The notes beneath the pieces were generated by a model that did no database searches, had not been told where the DNA came from, and saw only the letters and a list, made by a program, of their open reading frames with translations. This document shows, in pieces, positions 55,378-64,000 of a DNA stretch of 64,000 nt; position 1 is the stretch's first letter; each line of letters opens with the position of its first letter. Origin of the DNA: Gammaproteobacteria bacterium (GTDB taxonomy: Bacteria; Pseudomonadota; Gammaproteobacteria; BMS3Bbin11); the NCBI GenBank assembly GCA_013150915.1, contig JAADJE010000012.1, positions 27,820-91,819 of the forward strand, read 5' to 3'. A program made the position numbers and the translations under genes.

Positions 55378-56666
55378 ATCAAGTTAACAAACGACCCTTT
55401 AACACGAACAGGCACAGCGTATTACTTATATCTCCGCCTGAAAGCTATCGTATTCAGCCCTATGTCAGGGCCGCCCTTTCACTCGACCTGGAGATTAATA
55501 TTGCTTCCGAGGGTGAATGGGCTATTTCTTCGCCACATTCGGCAGGTATTGATGTTCCCCTCCAGGATCATCAGTCCGCGCTTCCCATCCTGTTAGAGTT
55601 GTTCAAACAGCGGCAATACGATGCGGTTATTGGAACCGATGACAGTACACTCGAGCTTGCCGCTAAGCTCGCTGAAAAAACCGGTCTGCAGCAGAACCCC
55701 CCCACGGCTGTTCGACTGGCCAGACGTAAAGATTTATCACGACTTTGTCTGCATCAGGCAGGTATACGGGTGCCAGCATTTTTGGTCGTGGAGGCAAGTG
55801 AGCAACAATTGTTTGACGAACCGTATTTCGGTTTTCCCTGTGTCATCAAGCCCCTGGCATTATCGGCCAGCAGGGGGGTGATACGCGCCAATACGTGCGA
55901 GAGTCTTAATCGAGGAGTGAAGCGAAGTCTTAGAATTATTTCAGAACAGACTGATTTATATGAAAAAAACCATCTTCTTCTGGAGCAGTTTATTGATGGA
56001 AGGGAGTTTGCTATCGAGGGGATATTGTCTGACAGGCAGCTCGATATACTCGCTATCTTTGATAAACCTGATCCGATGGAGGGGCCCTATTTTGAAGAGA
56101 CCTATTACATTTCTCCCGCAAGGATTTCGCCGAATGAAAGGCAAATTCTAATAGAAACAGTACAAAATGCCTGTCGGGCATTTGGTCTGGTTACCGGGCC
56201 AGTCCATGCTGAATGCCGCCTTAATAAAGAGGGTGCATGGCTGATAGAGATGGCAGCAAGGACGATCGGTGGTCTTTGTAGTCGTTTGCTGACTTTTGGT
56301 ACGGGATATTCACTTGAACAGCTGGTGCTTGCGAATGCTATTGGTCTGGAATTGCCACAGGAACTTAAGGACGGTGCGGCAGGTGTTCTTATGCTACCGA
56401 CAGAAACTGCCGGTATCCTGCGCCGTGTTGAGGGCGTTATGAGGGCTGAAAAGGTGCCATACATTGACGATATTGAGATTAGTCTACGTGAAGGATACCG
56501 CGTATCACCCTTGCCCGAAGGGACGAGTTATCTGGGCTTTGTTTTTTCTACAGCGCCAGATTCAGACAAAGTTGAACAGGCATTGAGGGATGCCTATGCA
56601 CTACTGAACCCTGTGATTGCACCCTACTGGCCAGTTTCTATGAGCAAGAAAGAGGCCAGCGACTAA
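55350..56666 (+). CDS. ATP-grasp family ligase (COG3919-like). TTG start overlaps the upstream HesB-like gene by 13-28 nt.
   Basis: FPCVIKPLALSASRGV (ATP-binding Lys), LLEQFIDGREFAIEG and IEMAARTIGG motifs of the ATP-grasp fold. No ATG in frame, so TTG at 55350 or 55365 is the candidate start. Confidence 0.7.
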   Translation: MRCRRLWRLNQVNKRPFNTNRHSVLLISPPESYRIQPYVRAALSLDLEINIASEGEWAISSPHSAGIDVPLQDHQSALPILLELFKQRQYDAVIGTDDSTLELAAKLAEKTGLQQNPPTAVRLARRKDLSRLCLHQAGIRVPAFLVVEASEQQLFDEPYFGFPCVIKPLALSASRGVIRANTCESLNRGVKRSLRIISEQTDLYEKNHLLLEQFIDGREFAIEGILSDRQLDILAIFDKPDPMEGPYFEETYYISPARISPNERQILIETVQNACRAFGLVTGPVHAECRLNKEGAWLIEMAARTIGGLCSRLLTFGTGYSLEQLVLANAIGLELPQELKDGAAGVLMLPTETAGILRRVEGVMRAEKVPYIDDIEISLREGYRVSPLPEGTSYLGFVFSTAPDSDKVEQALRDAYALLNPVIAPYWPVSMSKKEASD

Positions 56667-56703
56667 CTAAGGAGCTGACCGAATAAAGTTATTGCTGCTG
56701 CCG

Positions 56704-57474
56704 TTAGGGTAATTTTACGATTGCGTTAATGCCAAAGTTATAGAGTTGAGCCTTGCCCTGATTGCCTTCGTATTCAAACTCCAGATCGAAATTCTTAGTA
56801 ATGTGTACACCTAGACCCAGGCCATAACCGATCTGTGTTTTATTTTCCTGAACGATTAATGCTTCCCCTACTGCTGGGCCCACATTTTTTTGCCCGACGA
56901 CGACTTGTGTAGTAGCTCCCGTTGGCAAGCCGGTATCGGGATCAACGACAGGTAGCCCTGTTGTTGGGTCCGTTACGGGGACTTCATCAATAATATCTAC
57001 TGTTTGTTGAACAACAGCGGTGGTTCTTATCTTGTAACGGGAAGCGACGATGCCGATCTTGCCCTTGGCATATAGCCGACCTGCGGTTCGGTATGCGAGA
57101 TAACCACTGTATAGGGGGTTCTCCCATTCGCCACCGGCAGGATAGATGCTTGGGTTGCTGGAGGGGACCCCCTTGATATCCCCTTTATTTGTTGTGGGCA
57201 GATACTCAAATTCAAATGCTGCTTTACCTTTCCAGACTGGACGAGCGAATTCATAGCCGAGTATCAGACCAGCGTTAGTCGATTCTTGTTCACCAATGCC
57301 GTCATCACTGTTGTACATAGAAGCGTATTTACCACCGATCAACCATCGACCGCTCGCTTCTTCACCAAAGAATGGTCCATCACCGGGTTGATCAAATTCT
57401 GTTGCTGAAGCAGATAGAGTGACCAGTATTGCGGGCAATACCAGTAATTGAGCAAAGGTTTTTTTAGTTTCCAT
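56704..57474 (-). CDS. Putative outer-membrane beta-barrel protein
   Basis: Signal peptide METKKTFAQLLVLPAILVTLSASA (ATG at 57474). Alternating amphipathic beta-strand pattern. C-terminal aromatic-rich ...LYNFGINAIVKL. AT-rich upstream region. Confidence 0.5.
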   Translation of the reverse strand: METKKTFAQLLVLPAILVTLSASATEFDQPGDGPFFGEEASGRWLIGGKYASMYNSDDGIGEQESTNAGLILGYEFARPVWKGKAAFEFEYLPTTNKGDIKGVPSSNPSIYPAGGEWENPLYSGYLAYRTAGRLYAKGKIGIVASRYKIRTTAVVQQTVDIIDEVPVTDPTTGLPVVDPDTGLPTGATTQVVVGQKNVGPAVGEALIVQENKTQIGYGLGLGVHITKNFDLEFEYEGNQGKAQLYNFGINAIVKLP

Positions 57475-57667
57475 GGTCGACCTCTTGCGTGTTGCGTGGT
57501 GTGTGATTAACGTGAATAATATATTTATATTTATGGCAAATTTAGCAGGAAAAACTATATTTCTCAATACGCTGCATATGATTTAGAGAAAAATAATTCA
57601 AAATAGTACATAAGTTATTGTTATATATATGTATATAAATGTAATTATTTCATATACAGGGGTAATA

Positions 57668-58096
57668 TTAGTTCCAAAGTCTACTCCACCACTGTTTTCT
57701 CTTGCCTGACAGGACAATATCTGTACCCAATGGCACAGGTTTGTTTCTACTCATTATCCAGCCTGGTTGAGAAGGTGTTTTGCTCGATCCGCAGGATGTG
57801 CCAAGGTTGTTCGGGTCAAAGATCTTTACCAGTGCCGGATTAGAAAAATCATCGGTATAAACGATTCCACAGTAATCTTCATCGTGTTCTTCGCGTAATA
57901 ATGTATCCATACGCGAAATGAAATGATCGAGTTCCTCGCTGTCGGCCAGTTTTTCAGGTAAAGCGTGTCCAGGTGAATAAAGATACCAGCCTTCGCCCTT
58001 TTGACCTCGAATAGCTGACCAGAGATCGTCAAGGTTTTCCCACTGCATAACACCGCGCAGAATACCATTGTACTTTTCCAGAAATTCTACTGACAT
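57668..58096 (-). CDS. Hypothetical cytoplasmic protein (142 aa)
   Basis: Long ORF of uniform coding appearance. No recognizable motifs. Confidence 0.4.
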   Translation of the reverse strand: MSVEFLEKYNGILRGVMQWENLDDLWSAIRGQKGEGWYLYSPGHALPEKLADSEELDHFISRMDTLLREEHDEDYCGIVYTDDFSNPALVKIFDPNNLGTSCGSSKTPSQPGWIMSRNKPVPLGTDIVLSGKRKQWWSRLWN

Positions 58097-58210
58097 GAGT
58101 ATTACCTGAATCTATTGTGAATGTGTTCGTCATAAGTTTACAGTATGATTTGTCCCGACGTACTGTTTTTTCCGATGAATCACCAATTGTAAAGATAACC
58201 GGATCAACAA

Positions 58211-59164
58211 ATGTTGGCTCGAATACCCCTGTTTATATTATTGCTGACAATCATTACTGGCACGGGCTCCCTGATCATCGAAAGGTTCGATGCGCCTGTA
58301 TGGCTATCGGATGATCCATTACGGTTGGCCATGGAGCTGATGAATGAAGACAGGATGGAAGAGGCCCTGTATCTCGCACGGTTTAGTCGTCAGTATTTAC
58401 CCCCCAATCCACAATATTCTGCCTCGCAGATTGAACTTGAGGCTAACGCATCACTGGCTTCCAACATCTACCTGCTGGAACGCTTTCTGACAGGCGCCCT
58501 AACCGGTGAAGCCACGGATACTCCGGAGCTGATAGGAACAATGACGCTGGACATGCTGGTGATTGGCGACATTCGGGATTTGCTGGTACAGGGCTACAAA
58601 GAGCTCGATAGAGGAGAGGGGGATAAAGTCATCATAGGGCTATCGACTGTGGGATTATTACTTACGTTAGCTCCAGAGTTATCCTGGGCGCCAGCCCTGT
58701 TCAAGACCTTCTGGCGTGGCAGGCGTTTTTCCAAACCGTTCCGGAAACAGATTCGGATGGCACTTTCGGATGCCCGCAAGACGGGTGACTATCGAAGCCT
58801 GAGGAAAATGGTGAGCCATTTCAGCGAGCTTGTCGATGCCCTGGGGGCCGGCCCGGCTATGGCTGTTATCAAGCGTGTTGATAATGCTGAAGATCTGGCA
58901 CTGGTGGCCAGCAAGGCAAGGACAGCACCAGCAGAAGCCTATACTCTTGCCAATATCAGTGACGTTAAATCCCTGGAAAATATTTCGACAAAGGGGGTTA
59001 AAAAGGGGAAACTGATTAAACGGGTGAAGTTGGCGTCTCGTCAGCAGAAACTGTTCGGCAAGGTGCTGGGTTTGCTTCCAGTAATCTGGTTGTTAACCGC
59101 TTTTGGGTTTTCTTTATTATCGTTAATAGCCCTCATTGCCAAAGGTAGAAAACGGAGACTTTGA
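58211..59164 (+). CDS. Hypothetical membrane protein (317 aa; N- and C-terminal transmembrane helices)
   Basis: Hydrophobic N-terminus (IPLFILLLTIITGTGSLII) and C-terminus (LLPVIWLLTAFGFSLLSLIALIA), followed by a strong terminator. Confidence 0.4.
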   Translation: MLARIPLFILLLTIITGTGSLIIERFDAPVWLSDDPLRLAMELMNEDRMEEALYLARFSRQYLPPNPQYSASQIELEANASLASNIYLLERFLTGALTGEATDTPELIGTMTLDMLVIGDIRDLLVQGYKELDRGEGDKVIIGLSTVGLLLTLAPELSWAPALFKTFWRGRRFSKPFRKQIRMALSDARKTGDYRSLRKMVSHFSELVDALGAGPAMAVIKRVDNAEDLALVASKARTAPAEAYTLANISDVKSLENISTKGVKKGKLIKRVKLASRQQKLFGKVLGLLPVIWLLTAFGFSLLSLIALIAKGRKRRL

Positions 59165-59189
59165 TTAATAACGGCGTCCTCAATTAAAA

Positions 59190-59219
59190 AAGGACTTCTG
59201 CGGCCGTGCTGAAGTCCTT
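59190..59219. terminator. Bidirectional rho-independent terminator (9-bp stem AAGGACTTC/GAAGTCCTT, 12-nt loop) between the 317-aa gene and tRNA-Asn
   Basis: Perfect inverted repeat flanked by A-run and T-run, so it is followed by a U-tract on both strands. Confidence 0.75.
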
Positions 59220-59227
59220 TTAGTATT

Positions 59228-59303
<76 letters not shown>

Positions 59304-59382
59304 ATTGTGGAGCGCGAATATTACTGATACGGGCTTATGTGGTCAAGCGATTGTGGCCGTTTTAACTTATGTTATATCCAGG

Positions 59383-60567
59383 CTAATTGATAGCTGATGC
59401 GATTCGCTCAAGCGCCTGATCCAGTATTTCCATACTGGTGGCATAGGATATGCGCATATAGCCTTCCGCACCGAAGGCCGAGCCGGGTACCAGGGCAACT
59501 TTGGCCTCAGCCAACAGATAATCAGCCAGTTCGACATCGTTGTTGATTCTGATGTTATTTTCGATGACTTTCCGGAAATCAGCAAAGGCATAAAATGTAC
59601 CATCAGATTTGAGGCAGTCTACTCCATTCATGGTATTTAGCCGTTCGACAACAAAATCATGGCGCGCTTTGAAGGCATTCAACATCGGTGTGATACATTC
59701 CTGATCACCGTTTAGAGCTGCTTCTGCTGCGGCCTGAGAAATGGAGCAGGGGTTTGAGGTGCTCTGCGACTGGATTTTTTTCATAGCCGCCACCAGGTCT
59801 GCTGGGCCACCGCAGTAGCCGATGCGCCAACCTGTCATCGAATAGGCTTTGGAGACACCGTTCATGACGAGTGTACGATCATAGAGTTCAGGGCAGGCAT
59901 TAAGGATGTTGACGAAAGGGGCCTCTGTCCACAGAATATGCTCGTACATATCATCCGTTGCAATGAGTATATCCGGATAGTTCTTCAGGACTGCTCCCAG
60001 GGCGACCAGTTCCTCGCGCTTATAGACAGCACCGGTTGGATTGGACGGGCTGTTGATAAAGATGAGCTTAGTACGAGCAGTGATAGCGGCCAGCAGTTGA
60101 TTGGGTGTTATCTTGTAGCCCTGCTCAATGCCTGCTGGGATGATGACTGGAATACCTTCAGCCAGCAGTGTCATGTCGGGGTAGGAAACCCAGTAGGGTG
60201 CGGGGATAATGACTTCGTCGCCGGGGTTGATCAGTGCTTGCAGAAGATTGAAGCTGGTCTGTTTGCCGCCGACAGAAACCAGAATCTGGTTTATTTTGTA
60301 ATGCAGGGTATTGTCACGTTTGAACTTGTTTATGACGGCCTGCTTCAGGCTCGGTGTGCCATCAACCGCCGTGTACTTAGTGAAACCGTCACGAATGGCC
60401 TGTATTGCTGCTTCCTTGATGTGATCAGGTGTATCGAAGTCGGGCTCGCCGGCCCCCAGACCGATAATATCCTGTCCCTGTTCCCTCAGTTCTCTGGCAC
60501 GTGCGGTGATGGCGAGGGTCTGCGAAGGTTTGATGTTTTTAACGCGGTTTGAGAGGCTGATGCTCAA
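59383..60567 (-). CDS. Aspartate/aromatic amino acid aminotransferase (class I PLP aminotransferase)
   Basis: 394 aa. PLP-lysine motif (GVSKAYSMTGWRIGY). Divergent from uvrB, as in Pseudomonas. Confidence 0.85.
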   Translation of the reverse strand: MSISLSNRVKNIKPSQTLAITARARELREQGQDIIGLGAGEPDFDTPDHIKEAAIQAIRDGFTKYTAVDGTPSLKQAVINKFKRDNTLHYKINQILVSVGGKQTSFNLLQALINPGDEVIIPAPYWVSYPDMTLLAEGIPVIIPAGIEQGYKITPNQLLAAITARTKLIFINSPSNPTGAVYKREELVALGAVLKNYPDILIATDDMYEHILWTEAPFVNILNACPELYDRTLVMNGVSKAYSMTGWRIGYCGGPADLVAAMKKIQSQSTSNPCSISQAAAEAALNGDQECITPMLNAFKARHDFVVERLNTMNGVDCLKSDGTFYAFADFRKVIENNIRINNDVELADYLLAEAKVALVPGSAFGAEGYMRISYATSMEILDQALERIASAIN

Positions 60568-60704
60568 GATATCTGCTCCTGTTATTCGGTCACTGTTATA
60601 ATATTAACCCGAACCTTGTTTAGTTATGTAGGCATCTAATCAGTCGCATAATACGATAATTACCAATGATCATCTAGGATGAAAAAATAGAATTTAGACT
60701 CTAA

Positions 60705-62726
60705 ATGGCTGCTTTCAATCTACATACTGATTTTGAGCCTGCAGGTGACCAGGTTTCAGCTATCGATGCGCTGGTAGAAGGGCTTGAAAATGGTGAGGCC
60801 TGGCAGACTTTGCTGGGCGTGACGGGTTCTGGCAAGACCTTCACCATGGCGAACGTTATCAGCCGAACCGGTCGGCCTGCCATTGTGATGGCTCACAATA
60901 AGACACTTGCTGCACAGCTGTATTCCGAGTTTCGTGATTTTTTCCCAGAGAACTCGGTGGAGTATTTCGTTTCCTACTATGATTACTACCAGCCTGAAGC
61001 CTATGTCCCTTCATCGGATACCTTCATCGAGAAGGATGCCGCCATTAATGATCAGATAGAGCAGATGCGCCTGTCCGCTACCAAAGCCCTGCTGGAGCAA
61101 GACGATGTCATCATCGTTGCCACCGTTTCAGCTATCTATGGCCTGGGTGATCCTGCCGCCTATCACGATATGATTCTGCACCTGAAACAGGGGGATGTGA
61201 TGGATCAGCGTGCGATACTGAAGCGCCTGGCTGAGATGCAGTACAGCCGCAATGACCAGGTGCTGGAACGAGGTAATTTCCGTGTCAGAGGCGATGTTAT
61301 CGATATTTTCCCGGCTGATGAAGAGCATACGGCAACACGAATTGAGTTGTTGGGTGATGAGATCGAACGGCTCAGTGAGTTTGATCCTCTGACCGGTGAG
61401 ACCCTTGTGGAAAAAGTGCGTACCACCGTTTATCCGAAGTCACACTATGTTACACCGAGAGAGCGCGTTCTGAATGCAGTGGAAATGATAAAAGACGAGC
61501 TTCGGGAGAGGCTGGCAGAATTGCGTTCACAGAAGAAGCTACTGGAGGCGCAAAGGCTGGAGCAGCGTGCCCTGTTTGATATCGAAATGATGCAGGAGCT
61601 GGGGTACACCAATGGGATCGAAAACTATTCGCGTCATCTGTCTGGACGTGCACCGGGCCAGCCACCACCGACATTGATCGATTATTTACCGGCCAATGCA
61701 TTGATGTTTATCGATGAATCACACGCCACTATCCCGCAGATAGGAGGTATGTACCGTGGAGACCGTTCACGCAAGCAGACTCTGGTTGAATATGGCTTCC
61801 GTTTGCCGTCTGCGCTGGATAATCGACCTCTTCGCTTTGATGAGTTTGAGGCATTAATGCCTCAGACGATTTTTGTTTCGGCCACCCCGGCCCAGTATGA
61901 AGCTGATCACAGTAATCGTGTCATTGAGCAGATCGTGCGCCCGACAGGGCTGCTGGATCCGGTGGTGGAGGTGCGTCCGGTTGCTTCACAGGTTGATGAT
62001 GTGATGTCAGAGATCAACAGGCTTGCTGCACGGGGTGAGCGTATTCTTGTTACCACACTGACCAAACGTATGGCTGAAGACCTGACGGATTATTTACTGG
62101 AGCACGGTGTACGTGTTCGTTATCTACATTCTGATATCGATACGGTTGAGCGGGTGGAAATTATCCATGATTTACGGGCGGGTGAATTCGATTGCCTGGT
62201 CGGCATAAATCTGTTGCGGGAGGGATTGGATATCCCGGAAGTCTCCATGGTTGCCATTCTCGATGCCGATAAAGAGGGTTTTCTGCGCTCGTCTCGTTCA
62301 CTGATTCAAACCATCGGACGTGCCGCCAGGCATATCAACGGTAAGGCAATTCTCTATGCGGACAGGGAAACGGATTCAATGAAAACCGCCATCTCTGAGA
62401 GTAAACGTCGTCGACAGAAGCAGCAGCAACATAACCTCGAGCAGGGCATCTCGCCCCGAAGCATCGAGAAGAAGATCAAGGATATTATCGAAGGCATCGC
62501 CAGCAAACGCAGCAGGCAATATTCAAATCGATCAACGAAGAGACTTCGTGCTGCTGAGGAAATGGCTATCTATAAGAAGCTTTCTCCTCGGGAGTTGGCA
62601 AAAAAAATCAACCAGATGGAGAAGGAGATGCTTGATTACGCACAAAATCTGGAATTTGAAAAGGCCGTCGTCCTGCGTGACAAGGTCGCAGCACTAAAGG
62701 CTGAATTATTGGAGCTACCCGTCTGA
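60705..62726 (+). CDS. uvrB: Excinuclease ABC subunit B
   Basis: 673 aa. Walker A ([10 protein letters not shown]), helicase motifs and the C-terminal UvrB/UvrC interaction domain. Confidence 0.95.
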   Translation: MAAFNLHTDFEPAGDQVSAIDALVEGLENGEAWQTLLGVTGSGKTFTMANVISRTGRPAIVMAHNKTLAAQLYSEFRDFFPENSVEYFVSYYDYYQPEAYVPSSDTFIEKDAAINDQIEQMRLSATKALLEQDDVIIVATVSAIYGLGDPAAYHDMILHLKQGDVMDQRAILKRLAEMQYSRNDQVLERGNFRVRGDVIDIFPADEEHTATRIELLGDEIERLSEFDPLTGETLVEKVRTTVYPKSHYVTPRERVLNAVEMIKDELRERLAELRSQKKLLEAQRLEQRALFDIEMMQELGYTNGIENYSRHLSGRAPGQPPPTLIDYLPANALMFIDESHATIPQIGGMYRGDRSRKQTLVEYGFRLPSALDNRPLRFDEFEALMPQTIFVSATPAQYEADHSNRVIEQIVRPTGLLDPVVEVRPVASQVDDVMSEINRLAARGERILVTTLTKRMAEDLTDYLLEHGVRVRYLHSDIDTVERVEIIHDLRAGEFDCLVGINLLREGLDIPEVSMVAILDADKEGFLRSSRSLIQTIGRAARHINGKAILYADRETDSMKTAISESKRRRQKQQQHNLEQGISPRSIEKKIKDIIEGIASKRSRQYSNRSTKRLRAAEEMAIYKKLSPRELAKKINQMEKEMLDYAQNLEFEKAVVLRDKVAALKAELLELPV

Positions 62727-62845
62727 CCGCTGGTCACAGGGGGGGCGAATAAACCAGACTCGATGTTTTCCTGCTAAAAGAATAAAATCACGCTTCTTCT
62801 TTTTCTCTCATCCTAATCGATTTCATTCACTCACTGGTCAACCGT

Positions 62846-63481
62846 ATGCTTGAAGTTATTAATCTGGAATGTATACGCGGTAACCGCCGTCTGTTCTCCG
62901 GTCTGGCGTTTAACCTGGAACGCGGCGAGCTTCTGCATCTGCAGGGTCATAATGGCAGTGGGAAAACAACTCTATTACGTACGCTTTGCGGTTTGATTGC
63001 GCCCACCCAGGGTTCGGTACACTGGAAAGGGACCAATATTCGTCGCCAACGGGATGAATTTGCGATGGATATGCTATTTCTTGGTCATTTAAACGGTATT
63101 AAAGCTGATCTGACTCCGGTTGAAAATTTGCGCATACTCTGCCAGCTTGATGGACTGAACATCAGCGATAAAAATATATGGCAGGTATTGGAGAAGATGG
63201 GGCTTTATGGGCATGAAGAGCTCCCTGTGCGTGTTTTGTCTCAGGGCCAAAAGCGGCGGGTAACACAGGCGCGATTGTTGCTCAGTAAAGCACCGTTATG
63301 GCTGCTGGATGAACCCTTTACCGCACTGGATAAGGCCGCTGTCGATTTTCTGCAAACAGTGATAGCCGAGCATCTTGAAGGGGGGGGGATGGCCATGTTG
63401 ACGACGCATCAGAAGGTCGCACTGACCAGCGGTGAGGTCAGACATTTGCAGCTCGGCTGGAAAAAAGACGGCGATGTTTAA
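62846..63481 (+). CDS. ccmA: Cytochrome c biogenesis heme-exporting ABC ATPase
   Basis: 211 aa. Walker A (GHNGSGKTT), ABC signature (LSQGQKRR) and Walker B (LWLLDEP). Followed by ccmB. Confidence 0.85.
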   Translation: MLEVINLECIRGNRRLFSGLAFNLERGELLHLQGHNGSGKTTLLRTLCGLIAPTQGSVHWKGTNIRRQRDEFAMDMLFLGHLNGIKADLTPVENLRILCQLDGLNISDKNIWQVLEKMGLYGHEELPVRVLSQGQKRRVTQARLLLSKAPLWLLDEPFTALDKAAVDFLQTVIAEHLEGGGMAMLTTHQKVALTSGEVRHLQLGWKKDGDV

Positions 63482-64000
63482 GGCATTTTATACCGTTGTT
63501 AAACGTGATCTGCTACTGGCGATGCGCAATCGCTCCGACATTCTAACGACCCTGTTTTTCTTTATTATCGCAATAAGTTTGTTCCCACTGGGCATTGGGC
63601 CTGAACTGGATACCTTACGTGAAATTGCCCCCGGTGTGTTCTGGGTTGCCGCGCTACTGGCTTCAATGTTGGCCCTGGAACGTTTGTTTGCCATTGATTT
63701 TGCAGACGGTACACTGGAGCAATTATTGTTGACACCACAGCCGGCAATACTTCTTGTGCTGGCCAAAGTATTGGCCCATTGGCTGATAACCGGTGTGCCA
63801 TTAGTATTATTATCCCCTCTGCTTGGGTTACAATACGACCTCTCATCGGAAGCGATACAGGCATTGATGCTGACATTATTGCTCGGGACGCCATCATTAA
63901 GCCTTATCGGTGCCATCGGTGCCGCATTAACGCTTGGTTTGCGTGGCGGTGGTGTACTGGTTTCCTTACTGGTGTTGCCGCTGTATGTTCCTGTCCTCAT
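63474..64000 (+). CDS. ccmB: Heme exporter protein B, 3'-partial at the window edge
   Basis: ATG overlaps the ccmA stop (ATGTTTAA). Translation MFKAFYTVVKRDLLLAMRNRSDILTTLFFFIIAISLFPLGIGPE... is a canonical CcmB. The annotated minus-strand ORFs here are shadow ORFs. Confidence 0.8.
   Translation, partial: MFKAFYTVVKRDLLLAMRNRSDILTTLFFFIIAISLFPLGIGPELDTLREIAPGVFWVAALLASMLALERLFAIDFADGTLEQLLLTPQPAILLVLAKVLAHWLITGVPLVLLSPLLGLQYDLSSEAIQALMLTLLLGTPSLSLIGAIGAALTLGLRGGGVLVSLLVLPLYVPVL

Noticed and set aside
63488-64000. 170-aa and 110-aa minus-strand ORFs at the window end
   Set aside because: They are shadow ORFs opposite the genuine plus-strand ccmB (MFKAFYTVVKRDLLLAMRNRSD…), which starts at 63474 and overlaps the ccmA stop.

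Overview
This 64 kb window is conserved gammaproteobacterial chromosome backbone with Pseudomonas-like gene order, containing one short variable segment.

Backbone genes, in order:
- Minus strand, 0.4-8.4 kb: map, glnD, dapC, dapD, yffB-like, dapE and a PP2C phosphatase.
- Plus strand, 8.7-29.2 kb: rpsB, tsf, pyrH, frr, uppS, cdsA, dxr, rseP, bamA, skp, lpxD, fabZ, lpxA, lpxB, rnhB, dnaE, accA, tilS.
- Then pyrG, kdsA, eno, ftsB, a nitrobindin-like gene, ygfZ (minus), sdhCDAB, sdhE, ygfX/cptA-like, nadB (minus).
- Then rpoE, rseA, rseB, rseC, degP/mucD, lepA, lepB, a DUF4845 gene, rnc, era, recO, pdxJ, yggX (minus).
- After a ~6.4 kb variable segment (52.9-59.2 kb): tRNA-Asn (minus), an aspartate aminotransferase (minus), uvrB, ccmA and the start of ccmB.

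The variable segment holds a GAF/HD-GYP phosphodiesterase, a HesB/IscA-fold protein with a Gly/Cys-rich tail that overlaps an ATP-grasp ligase, an outer-membrane beta-barrel gene and two hypothetical genes. It abuts the 3' end of tRNA-Asn.

Other observations:
- Two families of MITE-like dispersed repeats. One has AAGGGCACC terminal inverted repeats and sits directly in front of the sdhB and era start codons and in the rpoE upstream region. The other has CTGTCCCGTTAAC terminal inverted repeats.
- A 15-unit GACCAAA heptanucleotide tandem repeat between recO and pdxJ.
- bamA and rseC appear frameshifted, probably by homopolymer indels.
- Ribosomal protein S2 carries an ~85-aa lysine-rich C-terminal extension.

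No CRISPR array, rRNA or integrase was seen.
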